Of a stretch of DNA of 64,000 nt, positions 20,898 to 29,839 are shown piece after piece. The translations under genes and the position numbers were made by a program. The notes under the pieces were generated by a model. That model made no database searches, was not told where the DNA came from, and was given only the letters and a program-made list of their open reading frames with translations. Source of the stretch: an uncultured Gemmatimonadaceae bacterium (lineage in GTDB: Bacteria; Gemmatimonadota; Gemmatimonadetes; Gemmatimonadales; Gemmatimonadaceae); assembly GCA_963781585.1 (NCBI GenBank), contig CAWAGQ010000003.1:192001-256000 (forward strand), read 5' to 3'. Position 1 is the stretch's first letter; each line of letters opens with the position of its first letter.

Positions 20898-21838
20898 GGC
20901 GCTTCCGGCTCGTGGGTCGACGTGCGCGCCAGCAGAAGGCCACTGGTGATGAAGGCGGCGCCGGCGAGCTGCCAGCGCGACGGCAGTTCGCGGAGGAACG
21001 CCCACGCCACCGCCATGGCCAGGATCGGCTGGAGGTTGCTGTACATCGATGTGCGCGTGGGTCCGATGATCCGCACGCCGCGATACCAGAACAGATAGGC
21101 GAGCACCAGCGCTCCGGCGCTGGAATACAGCAGCGCGCCATACACTCCCCGCGGCAGGACGCGCCACGGCGTGGACGCCATCGCCGGTACCGCCGCGACG
21201 ACGCTCAACATGGCTCCCCCCAGCATCGTGTATCCCCCGATCTGCAGCCCCGCGATGCGCTCCGAGAACGGCTTCACGAGAATCGAGTAGTACGCCCAGG
21301 CTACCGCACCTCCCAGCACCAGAAGACCGCCGAAGAGGCTGTCGGTCCCCGCCGTGCTTCCCGCCGTTCCCGCAACCACGAACAGCACGCCCATGAGCTG
21401 GAGCGCGATGCCGCTCCACGCGCGCGCCCGCAGGCGTTCCTTGCCCAGCAGCCGTCCGAGGATGGCGACCAGCGCTGGTCCCGATGCGAGGATCAGTGCG
21501 GTGGTCGCCACTCGGGTCCGGGAGACGCCGATGATGAACAGGAGTTGATAGACGCCGTTGCCGAGCGTCCCCAGCAGAATCAGCGTCCAGGCGTCGCGAC
21601 GGGTGATCGGCTTGAGTCGCATGGCTCGCGCGATCAGCAGCTGCAGGGCGGCTGCCACCGAGATGCGGACGCCGTTGAAGGCGAGCGGGGCGACCAGTTG
21701 CGTGCCGTATTTCAGCACGGAAAAGTTCACGGCCCAGATGAGGGCCATGAGCAGCAACAGGGCATCGGTGTGCCACGGGTGAACGCGCGTGCCCGCCGCG
21801 GGTCCCGGCAATGGCGCGCTCTGCGCCGTGGTGGCCAT
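20894..21838 (-). CDS. DMT/EamA family transporter
   Basis: About 10 TM helices; LIWAVNF, LGKERL, YSNLQP, FLRE. Confidence 0.9.
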   Translation of the reverse strand: MATTAQSAPLPGPAAGTRVHPWHTDALLLLMALIWAVNFSVLKYGTQLVAPLAFNGVRISVAAALQLLIARAMRLKPITRRDAWTLILLGTLGNGVYQLLFIIGVSRTRVATTALILASGPALVAILGRLLGKERLRARAWSGIALQLMGVLFVVAGTAGSTAGTDSLFGGLLVLGGAVAWAYYSILVKPFSERIAGLQIGGYTMLGGAMLSVVAAVPAMASTPWRVLPRGVYGALLYSSAGALVLAYLFWYRGVRIIGPTRTSMYSNLQPILAMAVAWAFLRELPSRWQLAGAAFITSGLLLARTSTHEPEAP

Positions 21839-22011
21839 GCTGGAAGTTAGGCGTCCGACAAATTCGACGGCAGCGTCGACCGCGGTTTCTGCCGGCGCCC
21901 GAGCCAGCTGCTTCCCGGTCCTTGCGCAGGCCGCCGACTCACGCAGTCGAGCGCGCGTGCGATCGGACCGGAGCAATCGCCGAGCCCCGCGGCCGGCGCT
22001 ACCTTGCAGCC

Positions 22012-22434
22012 ATGCATGTCTCTTTTGCGCTGTTCGCCGACGCGGCCAATCTCTCTCAGGAAGGGAAGCTGAACGTGCTCGGCGTCTTCGACGCGGTGCA
22101 GGTGGGCACGCTGCCCGCGGTGCACCCGCGCGCCAACCTGGTGGTGCGGCTCAAGGGCTCCCGGCTCGACATTGGCAAGCACTCGGTGACGCTGAAGTGG
22201 ATCAATCCATCCGGGGTCGAGCTCTGGAACTCGATCGGCGAAATCGAGGTGGCCACGCCGCCTCCCACCGTCTCCGAAATGGACTTTCCGCTCATTGCGT
22301 CGATCGACCTTCCACTCGACCAGTCCGGCGCCTACGTGATGCAGATCGTCCTCGACAACCAGCCGCGTGCCGACGTGCAGCTCCAGGTCCGCACCAACGC
22401 CCAGATGATGCCGGCGAGTCCGCTGGTGAGCTGA
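22012..22434 (+). CDS. Conserved-looking hypothetical beta-rich protein (DUF6941-like)
   Basis: FADAANLSQEGKLNVLGVFD; normal codon bias; TACCTT box 6 nt upstream. Confidence 0.65.
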   Translation: MHVSFALFADAANLSQEGKLNVLGVFDAVQVGTLPAVHPRANLVVRLKGSRLDIGKHSVTLKWINPSGVELWNSIGEIEVATPPPTVSEMDFPLIASIDLPLDQSGAYVMQIVLDNQPRADVQLQVRTNAQMMPASPLVS

Positions 22435-22448
22435 CCGCCGCCTAACGA

Positions 22449-22472
22449 CCCGCCGGGAGCAATCCCGGCGGG
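22449..22472. terminator. Hairpin between convergent genes (possible bidirectional terminator)
   Basis: CCCGCCGGGA-GCAA-TCCCGGCGGG: 10-bp perfect stem with GNRA loop, no U-tract. Confidence 0.6.
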
Positions 22473-22509
22473 CCGTGGCTCAGGTGGTTGGTGCGGGGCC
22501 CCCCGATGC

Positions 22510-25500
22510 TCAGCGCTTCTTCGGGTTCCGGACCTCCTCCCGCTGGCCGAACGGCGAGCCACTGTCGTCGCCGCCGCTCGCGCGCTCAACCCGCAACAGC
22601 TGCCTGTAGGTGTTGCCGCCGGCCTTGAGCGTGACCAGGTAGTCGCCAGTGTTCACCGCCGACGCTCCTCCGCCACCGAAGCCGCCACCACGTCCCCCAC
22701 CACCGCCACCGGTGAACGCGGCCAACACCGCGCCGAGTGGGTTGCCGCGACCTCCGAAGCCGCCGCCGCCTCTGCCGCTCGGCACCCCACCGGGACTGAG
22801 CAGCTGCGCGAGTGCTTCGGCGCCACCCGGGAAGTCGGCGTATGGATCGGCGGCACCGGCGCCACCGCGCCCTCCGCCCCCGCCGCGCGCACCCGCCGGT
22901 CCGCCCTCAGCCGGACGCGGATTCCACACGCCGGGTTGCCCCCCGCCTCCCCGCCCTCCGCCCCCACCACCACCGCGCCCTCGTCCGAAGGCCGCGAACG
23001 CACCGGCACCGCCCGTCAACGTCTGCCTCATCCGATCCAGAGATGCCTTCGGGACGGAGCCGGCCTTTTCCACCGAGTCGAACACGACGTCGATGCGGCG
23101 CGCGAGATTCGCGCTGTCACGCCGCTGCGATGGAGATAGCTCCGGCCGCGGCGGCGGCGGTCCGCGGAAATCCCACGTCACGCGATGCAACCCCGGGTTC
23201 GCCGGTCCGTTGAGCGTGGTCACCGTGTCCCCCTTCGCGTCGGTGATTACGAGCTCCACCTGCGGCCCGCCACCGCGGCCACCGCGACCACCCGCCGGCG
23301 CTGCCGCCGGACCAGCGGCGGCCGCCATCCCACCCGTAATGCGATACACGATCTCGGCACCGTACTGCGGGCTCGACACCGACCAGAAACTCTGCGCCGT
23401 GCCGTTACCCGACTCGCCCATCGCCACGCCTTGCCCGTACTCGTAGGCGGTGCCGGGCGAGAACAGGTGAACGTTCTCGGCGATGACCTTGGCGTTGTCG
23501 GGGCCGGCCATCTGCTCGAGCGGAGCAATATCCACGATCCAGAAGCTGCGTCCGTGCGTGGCCGCGATCAGTTCGCGGTCGCGCGGATGAATCTGCAGGT
23601 CGTACACCGGCACCGTGGGCATACCAGGCATGAAGCGCTGCCACGCCTTTCCGCGGTTCAGCGACACGTACACGGCACGCGACGTACCCAGGAACAGCAG
23701 GTCGCGGTTGTGTTGATCCTCGCGAATCACGTGCACGTAGTCGGCCGGGCTCTCGGTCGGCAGATCGTTCCGGATCGACGTGAACGTCTTGCCGCCGTCG
23801 GTGGTCACGTAGACGTACGGCGTGAAGTCGTTGTTGCGATGGTTCTCGAACGAGATGTAGAACGTGAGCGAGTCGAAGTGCGAGGGTTCGATGCGGCTCA
23901 CGTAGATATCTCCGGCCGCGAGTCCGGCGAACCGGCTCACCGGAATCTGATCCCACGTGGTTCCGTCGCTCTTCGTTACCCATACGTTGCCGTCGTCGGT
24001 GCCGGCGTAGAGGTACCCGGCGCGCACCGGCGATTCCGCCAGCGACACTACCGTGCCGTAGGTCTCGGCCCCGGTGGCGTCACGCGTGATGCCGCCCGTG
24101 TAGACCATGCTCGTGTCGATCTTCCCCATCTGCTTCTTGGAGAGGTCGGGGGAGATCGAAAACAGGTTGTCGCCGCGCTGGGTCGACTTGAGCACGTGGT
24201 TGCCGCCGATGTAGAACACGTCGGGATTGTGCGGCGACAGGAAGTACGGCGTCTCCCAGTTGAAGCGCATCTCGCCTTCCACCGAGTCGGCTTTCTGCCG
24301 TGACCGAAGCTCGGTGATGTGCGCCTGCTGTTCCCTGGTCACCGGGCGCGTGGTGTCGCCGCGCACGAAGTACAGCGAGTCCTCGAACATCAGGTACTCC
24401 GGACGCCAGTTCGGCTTCACCAGCCCTGAACGCTCGCCGGTGCGGAGGTTGAGTCGCGACACGTTGCCGCCCTGCGACTCGCCCCACACGATCCACGGCT
24501 CGCTGGGATGCTGGGCCGTGTAGAAGCCGTCGCCTCCGGAAATGGTGAACCAGTAGTTGTTGGTGATCGGACCGTTCTTGCGACGGCTCGGCCCGCACCA
24601 GGCACCGTTGTCCTGTGCCCCGCCGCAGATGTTGTACGGAATCTCGTAGTCGTAGCTCACGTCGTAGAACTGGCCGATCGGAATGTTCATCGGATACCAG
24701 AAGTTCCCGCCGCCGTCGAACGTGATGGCGATCCCGCCATCGTTGCCGATGATGAAGTGGTCGGGATCACCCGGGTCGATCCAGAAGGCGTGGGTGTCGA
24801 CGTGCACGTCCTGCGCGGCCGTGCGGGCCGTCTTGCCACCGTCATAGGAGAACAGCACCGGCGTGGACGAGAACCAGACGTGCTCGGAGTTCCGCGGATC
24901 GACCCGCACCTGCGAGTAATAGAAGGGACGGGTGTCGGCGTCGTTCATCTTCTCCCACGTCTTCCCGCCGTCGGTAGTGCGATAGAGGCCGGTCTTGAGC
25001 TGCTGCCGCTCCTGCCCGGCCTTCGGCTTGGGGTTGGGGAGCGAATCGGCTTCAACCTCGGCGTACACGATGTCGGTGTTGCCGGGGAAGATGGAGAAGC
25101 TGATGCGTCCCTTCTGCGTCTCGGGGAATCCGCCGCCCTTGATCTCGGTCCAGCTGGCGCCGCCGTCAGTGGACTTGAAGAGCGCCGAACCCGGCCCTCC
25201 GCTGGTGAGGAAGTATGGTCCACGCACCCGCTGCCAGGCCGAGGCCCAGACCACGTTGGGGTTCCTGGGGTCGAGGCCCACGTCGATGAAACCCGCCTTG
25301 TCACTCACGAACTTGATCTGCTTCCAGGTCTGGCCGCCGTCTTCGGTCTTGTAGAGGCCCCGTTCCGGATTCGCCTTCCACGCCGCGCCTAACGCGGCGA
25401 CGTAGACGATGTTGGGATTGGTGGGATGCACCACGATGCGGCCGATGTGCTGGGTCTTCTCGAGCCCCATCAGCTTCCAGGTGATGCCGCCGTCGGTGGA

Positions 25501-25878
25501 CTTGTAGATGCCGGCGCCCGGCTCGATGGTGTTGCGCGAATTCTGCTCCCCGGTTCCGGCCCACACCTGCATCGTGTCGCTGGGGGCGATCGCCAGCGCG
25601 CCCATCGCTACCACGGGTTCGTTCTCGAAAACCGGGCGGAAGGTCACACCGCCGTTCATGGTCTTCCAGATGCCCCCGCCAGCGGCGGCCACGAAGAACG
25701 TCTTGGACGGGAATGGAATGCCGGCGACGTCGGCCACGCGCCCCATGAACACGGCGGGCCCGACGGTTCGCCATCGAAAACCGGCAAGCGTGACGGAGTC
25801 GAGGGTTTGCGCACTGAGCGCAGTCGACGTGGCCACGCCAGCGGCGGCCACGAATCGAATGAGAGTGGTTGGTCGCAT
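22510..25878 (-). CDS. Secreted VPS10/BNR (Asp-box) beta-propeller protein with Gly/Arg-rich C-terminus
   Basis: Signal peptide; many S/T.DGG.TW Asp-boxes; GNDGG, GGAQDNG, RFNWETP, ATHGRS. Confidence 0.88.
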   Translation of the reverse strand: MRPTTLIRFVAAAGVATSTALSAQTLDSVTLAGFRWRTVGPAVFMGRVADVAGIPFPSKTFFVAAAGGGIWKTMNGGVTFRPVFENEPVVAMGALAIAPSDTMQVWAGTGEQNSRNTIEPGAGIYKSTDGGITWKLMGLEKTQHIGRIVVHPTNPNIVYVAALGAAWKANPERGLYKTEDGGQTWKQIKFVSDKAGFIDVGLDPRNPNVVWASAWQRVRGPYFLTSGGPGSALFKSTDGGASWTEIKGGGFPETQKGRISFSIFPGNTDIVYAEVEADSLPNPKPKAGQERQQLKTGLYRTTDGGKTWEKMNDADTRPFYYSQVRVDPRNSEHVWFSSTPVLFSYDGGKTARTAAQDVHVDTHAFWIDPGDPDHFIIGNDGGIAITFDGGGNFWYPMNIPIGQFYDVSYDYEIPYNICGGAQDNGAWCGPSRRKNGPITNNYWFTISGGDGFYTAQHPSEPWIVWGESQGGNVSRLNLRTGERSGLVKPNWRPEYLMFEDSLYFVRGDTTRPVTREQQAHITELRSRQKADSVEGEMRFNWETPYFLSPHNPDVFYIGGNHVLKSTQRGDNLFSISPDLSKKQMGKIDTSMVYTGGITRDATGAETYGTVVSLAESPVRAGYLYAGTDDGNVWVTKSDGTTWDQIPVSRFAGLAAGDIYVSRIEPSHFDSLTFYISFENHRNNDFTPYVYVTTDGGKTFTSIRNDLPTESPADYVHVIREDQHNRDLLFLGTSRAVYVSLNRGKAWQRFMPGMPTVPVYDLQIHPRDRELIAATHGRSFWIVDIAPLEQMAGPDNAKVIAENVHLFSPGTAYEYGQGVAMGESGNGTAQSFWSVSSPQYGAEIVYRITGGMAAAAGPAAAPAGGRGGRGGGPQVELVITDAKGDTVTTLNGPANPGLHRVTWDFRGPPPPRPELSPSQRRDSANLARRIDVVFDSVEKAGSVPKASLDRMRQTLTGGAGAFAAFGRGRGGGGGGGRGGGGQPGVWNPRPAEGGPAGARGGGGGRGGAGAADPYADFPGGAEALAQLLSPGGVPSGRGGGGFGGRGNPLGAVLAAFTGGGGGGRGGGFGGGGASAVNTGDYLVTLKAGGNTYRQLLRVERASGGDDSGSPFGQREEVRNPKKR

Positions 25879-25991
25879 AAGGCCCGAGCAGCGTGCGAAG
25901 AGGCAGGTGCCCGCTCAGCGCGTGCGGCGCCGGCGGAGGGAAAGGGGCAGCGGCGGCCGGACATCCGTGTTTCCGGTCCGGAAATGCGCCC

Positions 25992-26895
25992 TCAATGGTA
26001 GGCTACGCCCCCGGTTGCGCCAGTGTTGAGCTGATGGCGCCGACGGCTGCTACGCCGCAGCCGCGCCGGCGAGCCCGGGAACGGCCAGGGCGGTTCCCTG
26101 ACCCGCAAACTTTCGGGCTGCACCGCGAACGCGATCGCACGTTCGGACATTTCGCTGTCCGAGAGTGCGGCACTCATCCGCGCGGGGCTTTGTCCGACCA
26201 CCCTTTGACACTCGGATCGTAGTCTCCTGCCCAGGGGATCCTGCAGCAGGAGTGCCACGGACTTCACTGAACTCCCCTGGAAGCGCGATCATCTGGTAAG
26301 CAAGCACCACATGCGCCGCGCACAGCACCCTGTGGGCACCACGCAAGCCGGCGCGATGGAGCTCGCGCGCGAGGGTGCGCCGGGAACGGCCTGCCGCCGT
26401 GGCGACAGCATCCGGATCCGCACACTCCGTCGCGTCGAGAAAGAGTGCGCGCAGCGTTTCTCGCAGGGACGGGTCCAGGCGCTCCAGCGTCTCCCGCAGC
26501 TGGGTCAGCAGCCCCTGAAGGAAGCTCGCGGCGGCGACCTCTGCGACCAGGCGCGAGAGATCGGCTCGTGCATCGTCTACGCCGACGACGACGAAACGTA
26601 CCATATCTCGTGCGAGCAGCTCACGGCAACGCTGAACACCGTTCGTCGAGGAGTAGACGACCACGGGAAAATTGGCGATCGATGTCAGGGTGCCGCGCAC
26701 CACTGGCCATGTGGCGTTGACCTGGGCCGATGGCAGGCGGAGGAATGGATCAATCACCGCAACATCGAATGGACGCCGGTGCAGGATCGCGACCAATTCG
26801 TCCCAGGTGTGCGCGGCAGTTGCGACGTGCGGGCCGCGAATTGCGGCGCCGAGGCGCGCCGATTCCGTGTCGTCCAGGTACGTCAGCAAGCGCAT
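25992..26895 (-). pseudogene. AraC-like HTH regulator with receiver-like N-terminus, interrupted by a +1 frameshift at 26274-26277 (real or sequencing error)
   Basis: HTH-like DAVATAAGRSRRTLARELHRAGL; removing one base of the C4 run joins it to ORF 25992..26267 (PGSSVKSVALLL...RRLRSECQRVVGQSP). Confidence 0.6.
26049..26081. repeat. Left copy of a 33-bp degenerate direct repeat matching the 3' end of the P1 peptidase gene
   Basis: 28/33 identical to 29807-29839 by manual alignment. Confidence 0.7.
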
Positions 26896-27090
26896 TGCAA
26901 GAGCTTCTCCCGACAGCGGCTGCTCCGTCCCGCGGGGAACCTGGGACGCGAAGCGCCACGCTCGCGCGTGCACGCAGCCTCAAGAGTACGTCGGCCGCAT
27001 GTCTCCCCTACATGCCACGAACCGGCTTCGCAACATCGCGCAGGGATGGCGCTCGCGTCACATGGTACCAGCGGAGTCGAGATGCCCCGG

Positions 27091-27150
27091 GGAGTGGACG
27101 GAGTTCGCTCGACTTGGCTGGATCTGACCGGTGTTGGCCGGATTTGGTCG
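27091..27150. repeat. Six phased degenerate decamers (consensus ~GAYTTGGYCG), candidate operator array
   Basis: GGAGTGGACG/GAGTTCGCTC/GACTTGGCTG/GATCTGACCG/GTGTTGGCCG/GATTTGGTCG; TATCTT follows at 27175. Confidence 0.5.
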
Positions 27151-27341
27151 ATGTGTGGGAAATGCGGTCGCACGTATCTTGGGTTCCTCTCGCTGGCGCT
27201 CCCACGGGCGATGGTCCCAAACATTCAGCGAGGGGATGGCCGACAGTAGCGTCCGTAGAGCACTGCAGGGGCGGTCAAGAAGAGAGGTCGGCACACGGAC
27301 CTCTGACACGCGGCTTCCTGCATCATCTCGGGGGAACTCTC

Positions 27342-29101
27342 ATGCAGCTGATCAATCATAGCGACCTTGGCCCGCGTCATCTGGCCGTTCCCAACGCAGA
27401 AGGTTCAGGCCCATCGGGTCCGACCGCTGCAAATGTCACTTCGCGCCCGGCCGCCCAACCAATGCCAGGAACCGAGCCGCGGACGATTGACGTGACCTGG
27501 GTAGGGCCGCATTCCGGCGACGCCCCCTGGCGCGTCCCATGGGCACGCCGAAGCATGCTCCCCGCACTCGCGCTCGTCGCGCTGGCATGCGCGGACGTCA
27601 GCGAGAGTCCGATAGCGCCCCGGAACACCGTCGCATCGACCAGCCTGGCGGAAGCAACGTCCCCAGGAACGATTGCAGGGTCCTACATGGTTCGACTTGG
27701 ACCCGAAGTTTCCGGATGTCACCGTGCGAGCAGGTGATCTTGTTCGCTTGACGAATGGCGTACTGGGTGGAGCATGGGGTCGGCGTGTCCGAGGCTTTTC
27801 TCTTCACAATATCTCGGCCCAGGCAGCAGAGCTTCTCAGGTCGAGTCCAGGCGTCCTCTCGGTCGAGCCCCTTCGCTGGATGGCTGTAACTGGCTCCCAG
27901 TCCCTTCCGTCAGGAGGGCAGGCGGGCCCTCTGTGGGCGCTCGATCGCACTGACCACCATGGCAGCTATTCGTACGACGCGAGTTTCAGCTATACCAACG
28001 ATGGCGACAGTGTGCATGTCTACGTCGTGGACACAGGCGTAAGGGGTGGGCACAGCGAGTTCACCGGCCGCATCGGAAATGGCACGTGCATCGTTTCGTA
28101 CTACATCCTCGGCGTCTTTCAGTACCACGTTTCCTGTAGCCAGACGATAGACCCCATTGGCCACGGTACAGCCGTAGCGTCGGCGGCCGCTGGGAGCACG
28201 TACGGTATCGCCAAGAGCGCGATAATTCACCCGGTACGAGTTGCAAACACGGGGGGAGACATGGCGGAGGACGACGTGATCGATGGCCTCGAGTGGATCG
28301 CGTCCAACGCACAGTTTCCCGCCGTCGTCAACGTCAGCATCGCGAAGGGCGATTCGGCGGACGCCGGCAGTTTTGGTGTTCGCGACGCAATCGACGACGT
28401 GTTGGACCAGGGCATTCTGGTTTTCAAGGCGGCAGGCAACTGGAATGAAGACGCTTTCAACGACCGCTCCAATCGCGCTTCGGGATCTGTCGTAGTGGGC
28501 GGAGTTGACCCTTCCGACACCCGAGCATCGTTCAGTTCGTATGGATCGACGGTTGGACTTATGGGACCCGCCGTCGACATGCTTCTCGCGGGGAGTGGCA
28601 GCAATTCGGACTCCGGCTACTGGAGCGGCACTTCCTTCGCCACCCCAATGGCCGCTGGTGTCGCCGCGACCCTTCTGCAAGGCTACCACGGCATGAGTCG
28701 CACTGACCTCAAGAACTGGCTGCTCAGCAACGCTTCGCCGGTAACCGTCGGCGATGGGCACTCGGTTGCCAACCTGATACTGTTCTCCAACATGACGTTG
28801 CCATCGCCTCCGCCTCCGGCCCTCAGCGTCACGATCCTCGGGTCCAGCACCGTTCCTCCCAATTACTCGCAGTGCTGCTTCAGCGCCACCGTGTCGGGCG
28901 GCAACGGGAACAACGACTACGCTTGGACGAAAAACGGTTCCTCGGTGGGATCCAATTCTCCCGACCTTTACGTGTCCACGGGAAACCTCCGACTTCACAC
29001 TCGCGCTTACCGTGTCGGAGACTGGATTCTCGAACGGGAACACCTCTCGGTCGATTACCGTGTCCGCAGAGGCGCCGGGGGGTGCTTGCGATGTCTTCTA
29101 G
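27342..29101 (+). pseudogene. S8 subtilisin-like (aqualysin/proteinase K-type) lipoprotein protease with two apparent +1 frameshifts (27709-27711, 28983-28985)
   Basis: Lipobox LALVALAC; I9-like prodomain; triad YVVDTG, HGTAVAS, SGTSFATP; corrected C-terminus ...TSDFTLALTVSETG...ACDVF* at 29101; start uncertain (27342-27555). Confidence 0.8.
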
Positions 29102-29170
29102 GCGAGCGCGCTGGGTGCGACGGCCCTTCGGTGCAGTCGATCCGGCCGGTCAGTCCGGCACGAAGGCTCC

Positions 29171-29734
29171 ATGAGGACCCCTCGAAGGCTTTGCTCTTCG
29201 TCAGGCCGGGGGCAAAATGCGAGTGCAGGCTCTTCCGGCTATGCCTCGCAGAAGCCACTCGTGCACAGGGCCTGCCCTCGCTGTAGCGTGGCGGTCGTGA
29301 CTTTCGCATGCGGCCTGATCCTGATGAGCGCTTGTCAGCCCGAACACCCCCTGTGCGCGCCCGATATCGTCTTCGTGGATCCGTTGATCACAATAACCGG
29401 TGCGAGGAACGCGGTTACGCAGACCGCCCTGGGCGAGATACGAATTGCCAACATCATGTTCAAAGGCAGTCCGTGGCCAATTTCTCAATTGCCCCATCTG
29501 GTTCGGGGACCGGAGGGTTGGGACGGGGTAACCGTCGACGGTTCACAACTGCGATGTACGCCCCGGTGCGCCTTTGGCGTCGACGAAGGCGCGTATCAGT
29601 TCACGTTTCGAGCAGACGGGTATCGCGACACGGTGGTAATCCTTGACGCCGCGTACTCGTCGCGGCAAGGAGGCTGCCATTTGAGGCTCGCGAAGGGCGA
29701 TTCTCTCTTCGTCACGCTTTCGCCGGTGCCGTAG
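29171..29734 (+). CDS. Hypothetical Cys-rich lipoprotein
   Basis: Lipobox-like LILMSAC; GAYQFTFRADGYRD beta-sandwich-like segment; true start probably downstream of 29171. Confidence 0.6.
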   Translation: MRTPRRLCSSSGRGQNASAGSSGYASQKPLVHRACPRCSVAVVTFACGLILMSACQPEHPLCAPDIVFVDPLITITGARNAVTQTALGEIRIANIMFKGSPWPISQLPHLVRGPEGWDGVTVDGSQLRCTPRCAFGVDEGAYQFTFRADGYRDTVVILDAAYSSRQGGCHLRLAKGDSLFVTLSPVP

Positions 29735-29806
29735 CGCCGGGAGCATTTCGGAAGCAGTCGCGCGTCTCCCGATGGCATGGGGTGGTTGGGTCGGTCCAGG
29801 CCTGCC

Positions 29807-29839
29807 GCTACGCCGCCGCCGGGTCAGCGAGCCCCGGAA
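29807..29839. repeat. Right copy of the 33-bp direct repeat (last codons and stop of the P1 peptidase gene)
   Basis: 28/33 identical to 26049-26081. Confidence 0.7.

Noticed and set aside
27091..27150. Decamer array (and the 63087 heptamers) as CRISPR
   Set aside because: Units are too short, there are no spacers, and there are no cas genes
28986..29286. Annotated protease C-terminus (NLRLHTRAY...)
   Set aside because: Composition changes abruptly and it overlaps the next gene; the shifted frame completes a plausible beta-sandwich
26049..29839. Islet as an autonomous mobile element
   Set aside because: No integrase, transposase, tRNA or terminal inverted repeats seen; reported only as an insertion remnant
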